A model generated the notes under the pieces. The model was not told the DNA's origin, made no database searches, and worked only from the letters and a program-made list of their open reading frames with translations. A stretch of DNA of 64,000 nt from Eledone cirrhosa (taxonomy: Eukaryota). The stretch covers positions 51,026,001-51,090,000 of the forward strand of contig OZ024744.1 in assembly GCA_964016885.1 (NCBI GenBank), given 5' to 3'. The position numbers and the translations under genes were made by a program. Below, piece after piece: positions 1 through 12,594 of the stretch; the first letter of the stretch is position 1, and every line of letters starts with the position of its first letter.

Positions 1-71
1 TGTTTATATGTGGGTAGAGATGTGTGCTGAGGTAGGTATGTATGTTGACGTGTGTATGTTGTGGGTTCGTC

Positions 72-1460
72 TTAGGGAGAAGTGTTTAGACGGGGTCCGT
101 ATTTGTTAATAAAGTAAGATTCCTTGCTGATGCGCTGGGTGTGGGTGGCATTATCTTTAAATTTATAGAGGGGAAAGATTCTGAAGTTGGGATGATTTTG
201 GGCGGCACAGGTATCAATGTGTTCACTCAGTGGTATTTTCCTGTATTCCCGTATTTTAATTTGGGATCTATGGACAGTCATGCGTTGGCGGAGGCTGCTT
301 TTGGTCTGGCCTATGTATTGTTCTCGACAGCCTGAGCAAGTTAATACATATATTAGATTTTCTGATGCGCATGTGAAATTGTGTTTTACTATAAAACGTT
401 GTCCTTCTTTGAAATAGAATTCCGAACTCTCTATTAGGTTGATGCAAATGCCACAGTTGGGTCTATCGCATTTTTTTTACTGTGGGTTTCGTTGTTATGG
501 TTGGCAGTACTTTGGCATGTGTTAGGATGTTTTTCATTGACTTAGATTGTCTTTTGCTCTTTATGATATCGTGTGTTCGTCGGATTTGGTTCATTCTATG
601 GTCCTTTTTCAACACAGGGATGTTCTGGAGGATGGTGTCAAAGGCCTCATTGTTGAGGGGGTTGTGTGTGGAGATGTATGGAAGAGCTTTTAGTTTCCGT
701 TGATTTACTTTAGGGTGTCTAATGTCCTGGGTACTGAGTTTTAGGGCACGTTGGATTCCATTGTCAATTAGTGATGCAGGATAGTCCCTGCCTATGAGTG
801 TGTCCTTTAGTTCTTGTAGCCGTAAGTAGCAGGTGTTTTTATTGGAGACTATAGTACAGATTCTCTTGGCTAAGTTGTAGGGAATATTAATTTTAACGTG
901 TCTAGGGTGGCAAGAGTTGAAAGGAAGATATTGCTTGGAGTCTGTGGGCTTGTAGTATATGTCTGTTTCTATTTTTTTGTTATGGATCTTAATGAGGATG
1001 TCGAGGAAGGGGAGTTGTTGATGGCTGTATTCCATCGTGAAGTTAATATTCGTGTTGAGCCCATTTATGAGGGTGTGAAATTCTTTAAGTTTCTCGATGT
1101 TTTCGTGCCAAAGGATGAAGCAGTCATCTAGATATCGCTTCCAGTTCCTTTCTATGTGTAAGTGGAGAATGTCTCCAAATTTGTTTAGGACTTTAGTGTA
1201 GAGGGTGATTTCCAGGTATCCCATGACTAGGTTGGCATAAGTGGGCTGTTTTCGTTCCCATAGCGGTCCCAGATTTCTGCCTGTAGGGTTTGTTATTGAA
1301 AACGAAGTAATTGTTCTCAAAGATAAATTTGAGTCCCTCTATCACGAATTCTTTTTTGATGCGTTGTGGGAGTTCATTGTGGTAATTATCCAGCCAGAAT
1401 TGGATAGCTTCTATTCCTAGGTTGTGGGGGATGTTGGAGTATAGGTTGACTACATCGAGC
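72..1460 (-). mobile_element. Penelope-like retroelement, 5'-truncated and frameshifted RT + GIY-YIG (Neptune-like)
   Basis: ORF 463-1320 has WKRYLDDCFILW, FTMEYSHQQLPFLDILI and YYKPTDSKQYLPFNSCHP. The minus strand near 300-380 reads NFTCASENLIYVLTCSGCREQYIGQT (GIY-YIG). Clade is inferred from motifs only. Confidence 0.88.
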
Positions 1461-1503
1461 TATATATAGGTTGACTACATTGACTACATCGAACTATATA
1501 TAT

Positions 1504-1683
1504 ATAGGAAAAAGTATGACCCCGACGGCAGAGCTCAAGCCGTTTCGACGGCTATTTCTGGACGTCGAAACGGCTTGAGCTCTGCCGTCGGGGTCATACT
1601 TTTTCCTATTTCCCACTCTACTACCCTAAGTATTGAGTACTCTGGTGCGTTATGGTTCACCTGGTTCCTTACCACAATTCCTT

Positions 1684-1690
<7 letters not shown>
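1504..1690. repeat. Fold-back pLTR-like fragment carrying the 3' half of a hammerhead on each arm
   Basis: Inverted arms of about 46 bp (1504-1550 / 1563-1609). Contains GAAAC-GGC-ttgagctct-GCC-GTC-GGGG. Same family as 52216-52405; flanked by (TA)n. Confidence 0.75.
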
Positions 1691-1751
<61 letters not shown>

Positions 1752-2391
1752 GGTGTGTGTTAGATAGATAGATATATTTCTTTATTTGCCACAAGGACGC
1801 ACGAGAAAAGAAGACAATACAAAGACACATGTCGGGGATATTACATACAGTCCTGTAAAAATATTAAAACAAACAAATTTAACAATCCCCAATAGGAGGG
1901 GAGGGGTTAGATAGAGGGGGAGTATGAATACGGAAGATACAAATAGAGTGAGTGAGAGACAAAGAGAGTGAAAAAAAGAAAAAGAGAAAAGCAAAGTCAG
2001 ATAGACAGACAGATAGATAGATAGATACTGTGAGAGGAAAATAGAATGAAAGTGTAAGGGGAGGGGGTAAAAATGGAAGAAGATGGAAGGTTTGTAAACA
2101 ATTTCATTTTATTTTTAATTGATTTAATCCTGTGAAATTAAAATTGAAATAATGCTGTATTAATGAATACAATGGCGATATTTACTGCAATATTGAACGG
2201 ATTATAATATCTCCCGGGGGGAATGTAAACGTACAGTCGGGGAAGGATAAGATGGGGAGGATGGGGATGAGGGTGTGTGAGGGTTGGGGGATGAGGCGTG
2301 GTTGCGGGTGAGGTGGATTGTTAATGGCGATTTAAGGCTGGAGGGAGTTTCACTTGGTTGTAAAATGAGATGGAAGATTAGCTTGGTCAAA

Positions 2392-2398
2392 CAGCAGC

Positions 2399-2430
<32 letters not shown>

Positions 2431-2592
2431 CGACAATAACAACGACAAAAAGAAATAAACACCGAGATCAACAACATCAACATCAACAATAACAGCAACA
2501 ACAACAACTACAAGAAAAATACCAACAACAACAACATCAACATCAAAAATAACACCACCACCACCACCACCACCACCACCACCACCACCACC

Positions 2593-2624
<32 letters not shown>

Positions 2625-2750
2625 CAACAGCAACACCAACAACATCAACATCAACAAAAACAACAGCAACAACAACAGTCACAACGACGACAACACCAAC
2701 AATAACATGAACACCAAAAACAACAACACCACCACCACCACCACCACCAC

Positions 2751-2787
<37 letters not shown>

Positions 2788-3152
2788 ATCAACAATAACA
2801 TCAACAACAACAACAACATCAAAACAACAACAACAATAACAGCAACAACAACAATAACATCAACATCAACAATAACATCAACAATAACAACAACAACAAC
2901 AACAACAATAACATCAACCACAACAATAAAAACAACAACAAATATAACATCAACAACAACAATAACAACAACGACAACAACAACAATAACACCAACAACA
3001 ACAACAATAACATCAACAATAACAACAACAAAAACAACAACAATAACATCAACAACAACAATAACAACAACAACAACGATAACATCAACAATAACAACAA
3101 CAACAACAACAACAACAATAACACCACCAACAACAACAACAACATCAACAAT

Positions 3153-3185
<33 letters not shown>

Positions 3186-3310
3186 AACACCACCACCAAC
3201 AACAACAACAACATCAACAATAACATCAACAATAACAACAACAACAACAACAACAATAACACCACCACCAACAACAACAACAACATCAACAATAACATCA
3301 ACAATAACAA

Positions 3311-3343
<33 letters not shown>

Positions 3344-3527
3344 TAACATCAACAATAACATCAACAATAACATCAACAATAACAACAACAACAACAACAA
3401 CAACAACAATAACATCAACAACAACAACAATAACATCAACAATAACATCAACAATAACAACAACAACAACAATAACATCAACAACAACAATAACATCAAC
3501 AATAACATCAACAATAACATCAACAAT

Positions 3528-3563
<36 letters not shown>

Positions 3564-3635
3564 AACATCAACAACAACAACAATAACATCAACAATAACA
3601 TCAACAATAACAACAACAACAACAACAATAACATC

Positions 3636-3671
<36 letters not shown>

Positions 3672-4260
3672 AACATCAACAACAACAACAATAACATCAA
3701 CAATAACATCAACAATAACAACAACAACAACAACAATAACATCAACAACAACAATAACATCAACAATAACATCAACAATAACATCAACAATAACAACAAC
3801 AACAACAACAACAACAACAATAACATCAACAATAACATCAACAATAACAACATCAACAACAACAATAACATCAACAACAACAATAACATCAACAATAACA
3901 TCAACAATAACATCAACAATAACAACAACAACAACAATAACATCAACAACAATAACATCAACAATAACATCAACAATAACATCAACAATAACAACAACAA
4001 CAACAACAACAATAACATCAACAACAACAATAACATCAACAACAACAATAACAACAACAACAACAATAACAACAACAATAACATCAACAATAACAACATC
4101 AACAACAACAATAACATCAACAACAACAATAACATCAACAATAACATCAACAATAACATCAACAATAACAACAACAACAACAATAACATCAACAACAACA
4201 ATAACATCAACAACAACGATAACAACAACAACAACAATAACAACAACAATAATAATAACG
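2392..4260. repeat. Compound trinucleotide microsatellite (ACA/ATA/TCA/CCA)
   Basis: About 1.9 kb of ACA with interspersed ATA and TCA triplets. Confidence 0.95.
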
Positions 4261-4415
4261 ATTTTCTATTAAACTTCGACAGGATGAAATGGTAAATTTA
4301 TTTCCCTGTTGCTCCCATAAAGGCATTAGGGACCACAATGAAACCATTCCATTGACAGTTCGAAACTAGCATCCAATCGAAACATTGGAATCGATCATCA
4401 TCTTCCTGATGTTTC

Positions 4416-4446
<31 letters not shown>

Positions 4447-4650
4447 CTTCTTCTTCTTCTTCTTCTTCTTCTTCTTCTTCTTCTTCTTCTTCTCCTCCTC
4501 CTCCTCCTTCTCCTCCTCCTCCTTCTTCTTCTTCTTCTTCTTCTTCTTCTTCTTCTTCTTCTTCTTCTTCTTCTTCTTCTTCTTCTTCTTCTTCTTCTTC
4601 TTCTTCTTCTTCTTCTTCTTCTTCTTCTCCGCTGCCGTCGCCGCCGCCGC
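4416..4650. repeat. (TTC)n/(TCC)n microsatellite
   Basis: Direct read. Confidence 0.97.
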
Positions 4651-4709
4651 TCACACATATTCCTGGGAGGGTCGTGGGGGCAGATGTCAACATAAACATT
4701 ATTCAATCA

Positions 4710-6030
4710 ATGAAATGCTACCCAATTGTAAATGAAATGGAACAGAACCAACTAGAAATGACATTGCTTCTGCTGTACAGAAATTAAATAGCAATAAATC
4801 TCCTGGCCTTGATGGTATTCATGGTGAAGTTCTCTAGTATGGAGGGGAGAAAATATTGGAATATTTACACACTGTAATACTCCATTGCTGGAGGAAGTAC
4901 CGCAAGACTGGGTTAATGCTATACTAGTCACCCTTTTCAAATCTGGTGCCAAAGACCAATGTGGTTATTTTAGCGACATTTTTCTATTGTCTGTTGTCAG
5001 TAAGGTTCTAGATCCTGTCATTTTAGAATGGTTAATATATTCCTAATGCCAAGAGTCGTATCAGAGTCACAATGTGGTTTTCGCATGAAAAGAGGCACTA
5101 GTAATATGATTTTCACAATCAGATAACTGTAAGGAATATATATTGAATAGAACCTCACTCTCTATCATTGTTTTGTTGATCTTAGTAAGGCATTCGATAC
5201 TGAGAATAGGAATAACTTGTCTGTTTTGTCTAAATTTGGATGCCTTCAAAAGTTTGTAAATATATTGAAAGCTCTTCATAAAGACACGAAAGTCAGAGTT
5301 AACTTTGGAGTCACACTCTCTGAGTCTTTTGCAATAGAACATCGTGTATAGCAGGGAGACTTGATGCACCTCCTCTCTTTGCACCATTTTGCTGCCATGC
5401 TCTATCATGCTTTCCAAAACAACAATCGAAGAGTATATGTAAGATATCGTACAACAAATGTAATTTAGCAAGGTTGAAATTTAAGAGGAAAATGTTCACC
5501 TCACTAGTACGATACCTACTGTATGCTGATGACTGTAGCCTTGTTAGTCATACTGAGCATGGATTGCAATTACTGATTTCTGCCTTTGATTCGGCTTGTG
5601 ATATCGTCAGTTTTACTATAAATTTAAAGAAAACGGTAATTTTATGTCAACGTGCAACTGGGCAAATTGTGCAGCAACCTAAAATGTATCTGAAAGCTAA
5701 TATTAAGGTTATTGAATCCTTCATATACATTGGGAGAGCTGTGAATAAAGATGGATCATTTGATCCAGAAATACCTTTAAGGATTCAAAAGGCAGCAAAA
5801 TGTTTTGGTAGTTTAAAGTCTTGGGTTTGGTCACAAATACATATCGAGAATGAAACAAAAATATCTGTTTGTAGATCCTTTGTGTTATCCTCTTTCTGTA
5901 CTCTTCTGAAACTTGGACGTGCTACAAATATCACTTTACACTCCTGGAACAATTCAATAAAAAATGCTTACGACATATTCTGGAAATAAAATTCTTTCAC
6001 TCCCAACTCAGATGTTCTAGCTGCATTTTT
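4710..6030 (+). mobile_element. Decayed RTE-like LINE reverse transcriptase fragment
   Basis: KSPGLDG-like motif near 4796. ORF 5474-5989 has LLYADDC, FTINLKKT and RIQKAAKCFGSL. Many stops and frameshifts. Confidence 0.8.
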
Positions 6031-6053
6031 GTACAGTCTACATTTATTGTCAA

Positions 6054-7740
6054 CTATAGGTATGTTCGAGCAGGATGACCTGCAACAGCTCCAGCTTCCA
6101 CAGTAAAGGTTCGAGAGTCAATACGTACAGAATGGAGGAAAGCGGGGACCATTGACGGACCGATCCCGTGATCTGAAACGATTCCGATAGTTGAGCAGAT
6201 GCCGCTATGCATTGCAGTGATCCAGCCTCTGAAGATAGGACCGAAGCCAGCTGCCTTGAGGACAGCCTTCAGGTATCGATGGTCAACCTTATCGAACGCT
6301 TTCGATTTATCTAAATTGATCATAACACTACCGAAGCCAGTTTTACAACCTACCCTCTCTATGATATATCGCATGAGTTGGAGGTTGTCGTGTATGGACC
6401 TGGTCGGGATTGCATAAGTTTGTGCATTCCCAACCAAATCCTCGAGGATAAGTGCTAACCTCTTCGCTAATATCTTGGCCAAAATCTTAATCTGTGTTGA
6501 GCAGTTATGGGCCTGAAATTATCTAAAGTATCCCTCTTGTTCTCCCCATCAGCGTTACTACGGCCCGGCTCACAGAACTGGGAATACCCCCGTTGTGCTG
6601 CCAGTTGTAGTAGAGTGCTTCGAGGAGACCAGAGAACAAGTCTGGCATGTCTACGTAAAGCTCGTCGGGCAGACCATCCAAACCGAGTAACGCGTTCCTC
6701 GTACAACCGACAAGGGCATCCTGAATTTCGTCTATTATCATCGGTATTTCGCAGAGTCATGGCAAGCCGCCGAGGTAGAAAATGAAATCTGCTATCGTGT
6801 CGGACTCCCCGATCCCCCGAACAGTCAAGCCAATTGCTGGTGGAAGGCTGCACACATCTGCCTGGAATCGTTCAGCAGCGTCCATCTCGGTCCAGTAAAG
6901 ACCGAATGATGGTTTTATTACCACGTTGCACCTCTGCCTCTCGGGTCCATCCAACAGCTTTGGTTCCTTCGTTTCTTAGAGCACGTGCCTTAGCCCCGAC
7001 AATGCAACCTTCGTGTTTCGCATTGAAGAAATGGTCCAATGCCATTCTCGTCGCTAGCACGTCTGTGGTGACCGGTCTCTTTAGGCTTTACTCACCAGGA
7101 ATGACGTGTTAAGCTTCCAATAATCGGTTTCTAACCTACATGTTCTATCTAGTTCAACCATGCAGATCACAAATTTGTGATATAAATAGGTGACCGTTCG
7201 GAAATGTGCACAACCTATACTATCCTTATTTGCTGATCTAACGAAAAACCTATCTACATACGATCTAGATAACCCTATGCGGTTGGTCTGGGCCCACTCT
7301 TGCGCATTGGAGAAATCTAGTCGGTACCTGTCGGTCAGTTGGAATTGGCTGATCAGGTACCTGAGGCTTTTTCTCCCTCTCCTACTACCGCACAATCCCG
7401 CGTGCGTCTAAAATGCCGTTCCAGTCTCCCGCTAACACTAAAGAGCAATACGTTCCCAAAAAACTTCCAGGTGCCTAAAGAATTCCGGCCGCTGCGACCA
7501 GTTTAAAGGCATCACTTTCGCTATTGCTCACATCCAGGACCACCAATTTACCGTCCGAATGAAGGAAGATCGCCCTTAACTCGAGATCCAGACCTCTCAT
7601 AAACAGCACTGCCACAACACCTCCCGTTCTCGGCCGACTAAGAGATGCGAAAATTTGATAGTTGTCGAAAATGGGGGCTAGTGCGCGTGTGTTTGAAATA
7701 CTGGTCTCGCCGATGGCAGTCACATCCATATCAAGTGCTG
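6054..7740 (-). mobile_element. Tx1/L1-like LINE ORF2 fragment (APE endonuclease, linker, RT N-terminal part), copy A
   Basis: LDMDVTAIGET, LTDRYRL, SYVDRFFV, YWKLNTS, GLDGLP, KILAKRL and LDKSKAFDKVDHRYL across broken ORFs. Confidence 0.85.
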
Positions 7741-10521
7741 AACGGTTGCTGAACGGCTGTGACAGGTGACCGTTTACCCTCACAACTGAGCAGATGTCGC
7801 TGTACATCGAAGCGACCCAACCCTTGAAAACGGGTCCGAAACCGGCTGCCTCGAGGACCGCCGCCAGGTACCGATGGTCGACCCTATCGAATGCTTTGGA
7901 TTGATCCAAGTTGATCAGGGCTCCACCCGTGACAGGTTCCTTAACCACCCTCTCTACGATGTATCTGTCCGGAATGGCTCATGTATGCACCTCTCCCACC
8001 AGACCCTTGACGACAAGCGCCAACCTCGTTGCTAACACCTTGGCCAAAATCTTGAACTCTGCGTTTAGCAGAGTTATGAGCCTGAAGTTATCGATAACAT
8101 CCCCCTTTTTCGGGTCTTTTCTCAGCACCTCCACCGCTCCCCGGCTCACAAAACTGGGAATGCTCCCGTTTTGCTGCCAGTTGCAGTAGACGTCTGCCAA
8201 GAGGTCAACGAACAAGTAGGGCAGACCGTCCAAACCTGGCGATTTACCCCTCGTGCAGTTAGCCATCGCTTCCCATATTTAACCGGCTGTTATTGGCTTT
8301 TCGCAACACTGTGCTGCGGTCGTCGAGAGCCAAGGCAGTCCGTCGAGGTATGCACTGAAGTCCATACCCCGATCCGGCCCGCTGCTGCTCCCGAACAGTT
8401 CAGCAAAGTGCTGCTGAAAAGCTTCACACATCTGCTCGGGTTCAAGCAACACGCGCCCATTTTGGTCAGACAAAGACAGAATTGTGGCTTTGTTGCCACG
8501 TCGCGCCTCTGCCACCCGGGCCCATAGGACGGATTTTGTCCCCTCGTGTTTCAGAGCACGCGCTCTAGCTCTGACAACGCAGCCTTCGTGTTTTGCGTTG
8601 GTTGAGTGCCAATCTCGCCGCAAGCATGTCGGTTGCGATGCCTGTCCTAAACGTCTCTTCTAGCTTTCTGACTAGCTCTCCCTCTACTCTATTTTCCTCT
8701 ATCGCTACTCCTTTGTTAAACCTAATCGACTCTACTTTAATTGCCCTTTTCAGGGCAAACCACCACCCGTCAACGCCCGCTTAACTAATGCGCTAATCCG
8801 GTCTCTGTAGGCCTTGCGCCCCGGGAAAGACGCGTTCAGCGTCCAGTAACCGGGTCCATGACTATGAAGTCTGTCTATGTCGATCTCACAGATCACAAAT
8901 TTGTGGTCTGTGTAGTCGACTATTTTAAATTGTGGACAACTTATACTAGCCTTATCTAGTTCTCTGCAGAAAACCCTATCGAGATACGATCTGGATGACC
9001 CGATGCGGTTTGTCCATGTCCACATTGGTACATTCGGGTGATCCAGTCGATACCTGTCAGACAGTTCAAAACGGTATCGAGCTGTGAAATGTCTGTGTGT
9101 TCAATTATGTAAGTCATTAGTTTCTTGTTGTGTGTATTTATTGCTGGGCATTTCTTTTTCTGGGGGTGGGGTGTGGTTCTGCTATTTTCTTGTCGTTGTT
9201 GCTGGGTGTGTGTGTTTTGTTGTTGTGTTTGCGATGTTGGTGCTTTTGGTGGTGTTGTTGAAGCTGTTGTTGTTATTGGCGGTGGGGTTGCCGCCGGTGG
9301 CGATGGTAGTGCTAGTGTGGGTGGTGATGGTGTTGGTGGTGTTGCTGATGTAAGTCTCTTTGCAGTAGTCTTCACCCTTTTTTCATTTTTTCCCTCCCTT
9401 TTCGAAGGCGACGATGCGCTGCGTCTGCGTTTGTGCTTTCTTGCGACCTTTTTACATCCCTCTCCCATCTCACACTCCATGTCCGATTCTGTGAGGTCGG
9501 GGAGGGGTACCAGCTCCACTCTTTCACTTGTTCTTGTTGGTGATGCTTGCAGTGGAGACTCTGTTGCAGCTGCAGTCGGTATTACTGTTGTTGTTGTTGT
9601 TAATACTTCCACTGCTGCTGCTGTTCTTGATTTCCATGGAGTGGGTATGGGTGCCACGGACCTATCCTTCCTGCTTGCCGCCTGTCCTGTTGCTGGTAGT
9701 AGTGGAACCTGTTTCGGAAGGAGGGGATTTCTCCTTTCTCTGGGTCTTCTCATTGCAGAAGGCCCTGAGGTGAGTCTTCGACCCACAGCGAAAGCATTTC
9801 GGGCGTTTGCCCTCAACACTTATGGGCAGTTGAGTGCCGTTATCGAAGTCTATCACATCCAGGATAGTTTCGATGCACTCCTGGTTGGTTTGAATTAACA
9901 TCTCAATGGAGGCGGCGACCCAATCTTCTCGTACTTTTTTCTATACTTGCAGTACGGTTGTTTTGTCCTCGATTCTGACGAGGACAGACGCGGCCAGCCA
10001 AAAGGGGCCATCCCGGGGGCGACTTGGGTCAGTTTGACCATCACAATTTTTGGCCCGCAGTAGGAGGGCACCAACACCATTTCCTCGCTCCTTAGGGTAA
10101 CTAAGGATTGAGCCTTTGCCTCCTGGAGTGTGGCAAAAAGCACGTCCACGGTGGCATATTTCTTGCCTCGGGTGATATGCGTTTTCCGCTGCCACACAGA
10201 CCCTAAGGCTTTTTGTATTTGAGCCTCTGTGGCTCTTTCAACCCTATGTGATTTTGTGCTTACTGTACGGTACGTGACCGTACAGTGCTGTTGGGTGTCG
10301 AAAAATTCTTCGGCTACCTTGCAGATTGCTCGGTGTCCGGTTTTCGTCACCATCTTCCTTGCTTCCTGTAATTCCTCATTTGTTATAAGGATGGTTTCCA
10401 GGTTCTGTGCGATACCTGCAAACGAGATTGGTTTTTCTTTCTTTTTGTTGTTGTCGTCAAAGCTGCTGTTACTTATCTTTTTGCTGCTTGTACTACGACT
10501 TCCGCCGCCGTTGTTGCTGTT

Positions 10522-10555
<34 letters not shown>

Positions 10556-10557
10556 CT

Positions 10558-10589
<32 letters not shown>

Positions 10590-10900
10590 TGTTGTTGTTT
10601 ATTCTGCTGCTGATGTTGCGGCTGCTACTAGTATTTTCCTCGCCACTGTTGCTGCTGCTGCTATTCTTCATGACGTCAGACGAATGAAATGGCTTTCCGT
10701 ATTTACCGCACACATCTTTCGTCGTCGTCGTCGTGGAGAAATGTTCCACGGTACGCGCGTTCTCTTGATGAAGAACGCTACGAGAAACTACATTTTTCTT
10801 TTTCTTTAATGGCGTCGCTTGGGAAAGAGGCGACAGAGGCGACACCACATTTAGAGAAGGGAGGGAGAAAGACAATCTTTTCTCTGACGTAATGACGATT
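7741..10900 (-). mobile_element. Tx1/L1-like LINE copy B: gag-like ORF1 plus internally deleted ORF2
   Basis: ORF1 pieces at 9662-10875 have a CCHC knuckle (CFRCGSKTHLRAFC). ORF2 pieces have SYLDRVF, GYWTLNAS, KSPGLDGLP, NFRLITLLNAEFKILAKVLATRL and LDQSKAFDRVDH. Confidence 0.87.
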
Positions 10901-11195
10901 GGGGAAAAAAGAAGACGGAAGGAGTGGGAGTGACTTGTGAAAATTCTTTTTTTGTAGCCATGTTTTTTTTACGGTTTAAAATGAATATTGGGTACAAAAC
11001 CCCAATAACTGGTTATTTAACCCCGAAAGGCCAAATAACGGGCAGAAAGACCCCTCTCACGAGGAGGAGGGTGTCTTTATATACAATTGGGTTCAAGTTT
11101 TAAACAATGTTATAACGGTTAAAAATTACAATACCTTACAGAGCTGAGCCTCCGTCAACCATGGCATTCAATAATAATAATAATAATAATAATAG

Positions 11196-12220
11196 AAGTT
11201 CCATTTACTGCTGAAATGAAAAACACAGAAAAAGCAAAGCAGGTAAAAGTAACTGCAAAGAAAGAACTGCTTCGGAAACTGGCTAAGAAATGGCAAGAAA
11301 AGCCTCTGTATGGAAATTTCCCAGAAAGAGCTAACAATCCTGATGTTGACAAAACTGTAACCCATCAGTGGTTGGCATGCTCTGGACTGAAATCGGAGAC
11401 TGAAGGACTGATTATATCAGCACAAGATCAGTGTCTGCCAACAAAAAATTACCAACCCAACATAATAAAAAATGCATGCAACCCATTATGGCGTGTATGT
11501 AAAAAAACCCAGAGACCATTGATCATATAATTTCAATGTGCAGTCCTATAGCTCCAACCGAATACCTAAACAGGCACGATAGAGCTGCAGAATACATTGG
11601 ATAATGTGTAAGCATTTTGACCTGCCCCATCAAAAGAATTGGTGGGAGCATCAACCACCTCCCATACTTGAAAAAGATCACATCGCAATTTGTGGAACTT
11701 TAGCATCCAAACAGACCGAAAAATAGATGCAAATATACCTGATATAATAATGAAGGACTTTAAAAAGAGGGTATGCCTGCTAATTGATATGTCCGTTCCA
11801 ATAGACAAGAATGTATCTATAAAAACATTTGAAAAATTGAGCAAGTATAAGGACCTGGAGATAGAAATTGGAAAAAATGTGGAAATTGAGAACTAAAACA
11901 ATACCAGTGGTTGTAGGCGCTCTGGGAATGATACCTAAGGGGTCTAATGATTACATATCGCAAATCCCAGGAAACCCGCGTATAGGAGAAATACAAAATA
12001 TAGTACTAATGGGAACTGACCATATACTAAGGAAGATTCTGTCAATATAAGTACATCACAAGTCTAAACACCTAAAGATGCATGTGTGTGTATGTTCTTT
12101 CTTGAACATGGCGGACCTTGTTGTCTCTTAAGGTCACTGGTTGTGACTTGGTTGTTAATTCGTATGAACATAAAGCAAGATAAATGCAACTATAATACTA
12201 ATAATATAAAAATAATAATA
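11196..12220 (+). mobile_element. R4/Dong-like non-LTR retrotransposon 3' end (CCHC + restriction-like endonuclease)
   Basis: LKSETEGLIISAQDQ, YLNRHD, PDII..D, LIDMSVP, KLSKYKDL and PVVVGALG. Bounded on both sides by (TAA)n, the known Dong-type target. Confidence 0.85.
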
Positions 12221-12352
12221 ATGATTTCTTTATTGGCCACAAGGGCTGACATCAAGAAAAACATTACAGACGGCACAAGACGGTACGATGTGGGTTTTGT
12301 GCGTGTAAAGATTTTTATTATTTATATAAGAAAAGAAAAACAAGACATAGAA

Positions 12353-12422
<70 letters not shown>

Positions 12423-12489
12423 GTTATTCCGGGTTGAATCGGAGGTAACCACAGTAAGTAAGGTACTCAATACATTGCAGAGTATAAAA

Positions 12490-12542
12490 GAGATTCCTGG
12501 TGATTTCTAAAGAATGAAACAGTTCTAGTCCTGTAGAATCTC
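12490..12542 (+). ncRNA. Type I hammerhead motif with A6G core change
   Basis: GAGATTC | CTGGTGA | TTTC-taaa-GAAT | GAAACAG-ttctagtc-CTGTA^ | GAATCTC. The sister copy at 58511-58561 has a canonical core. Confidence 0.75.
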
Positions 12543-12555
12543 ATCTATATTAAAA

Positions 12556-12590
<35 letters not shown>

Positions 12591-12594
<4 letters not shown>

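Noticed and set aside
2707-4272. 521-aa Thr-rich mucin-like ORF and antisense poly-Leu ORF
   Set aside because: Pure trinucleotide microsatellite with no signal peptide, domains or exon context.
4298-4735. Poly-E, poly-R and poly-F ORFs
   Set aside because: Translations of (TTC)n.
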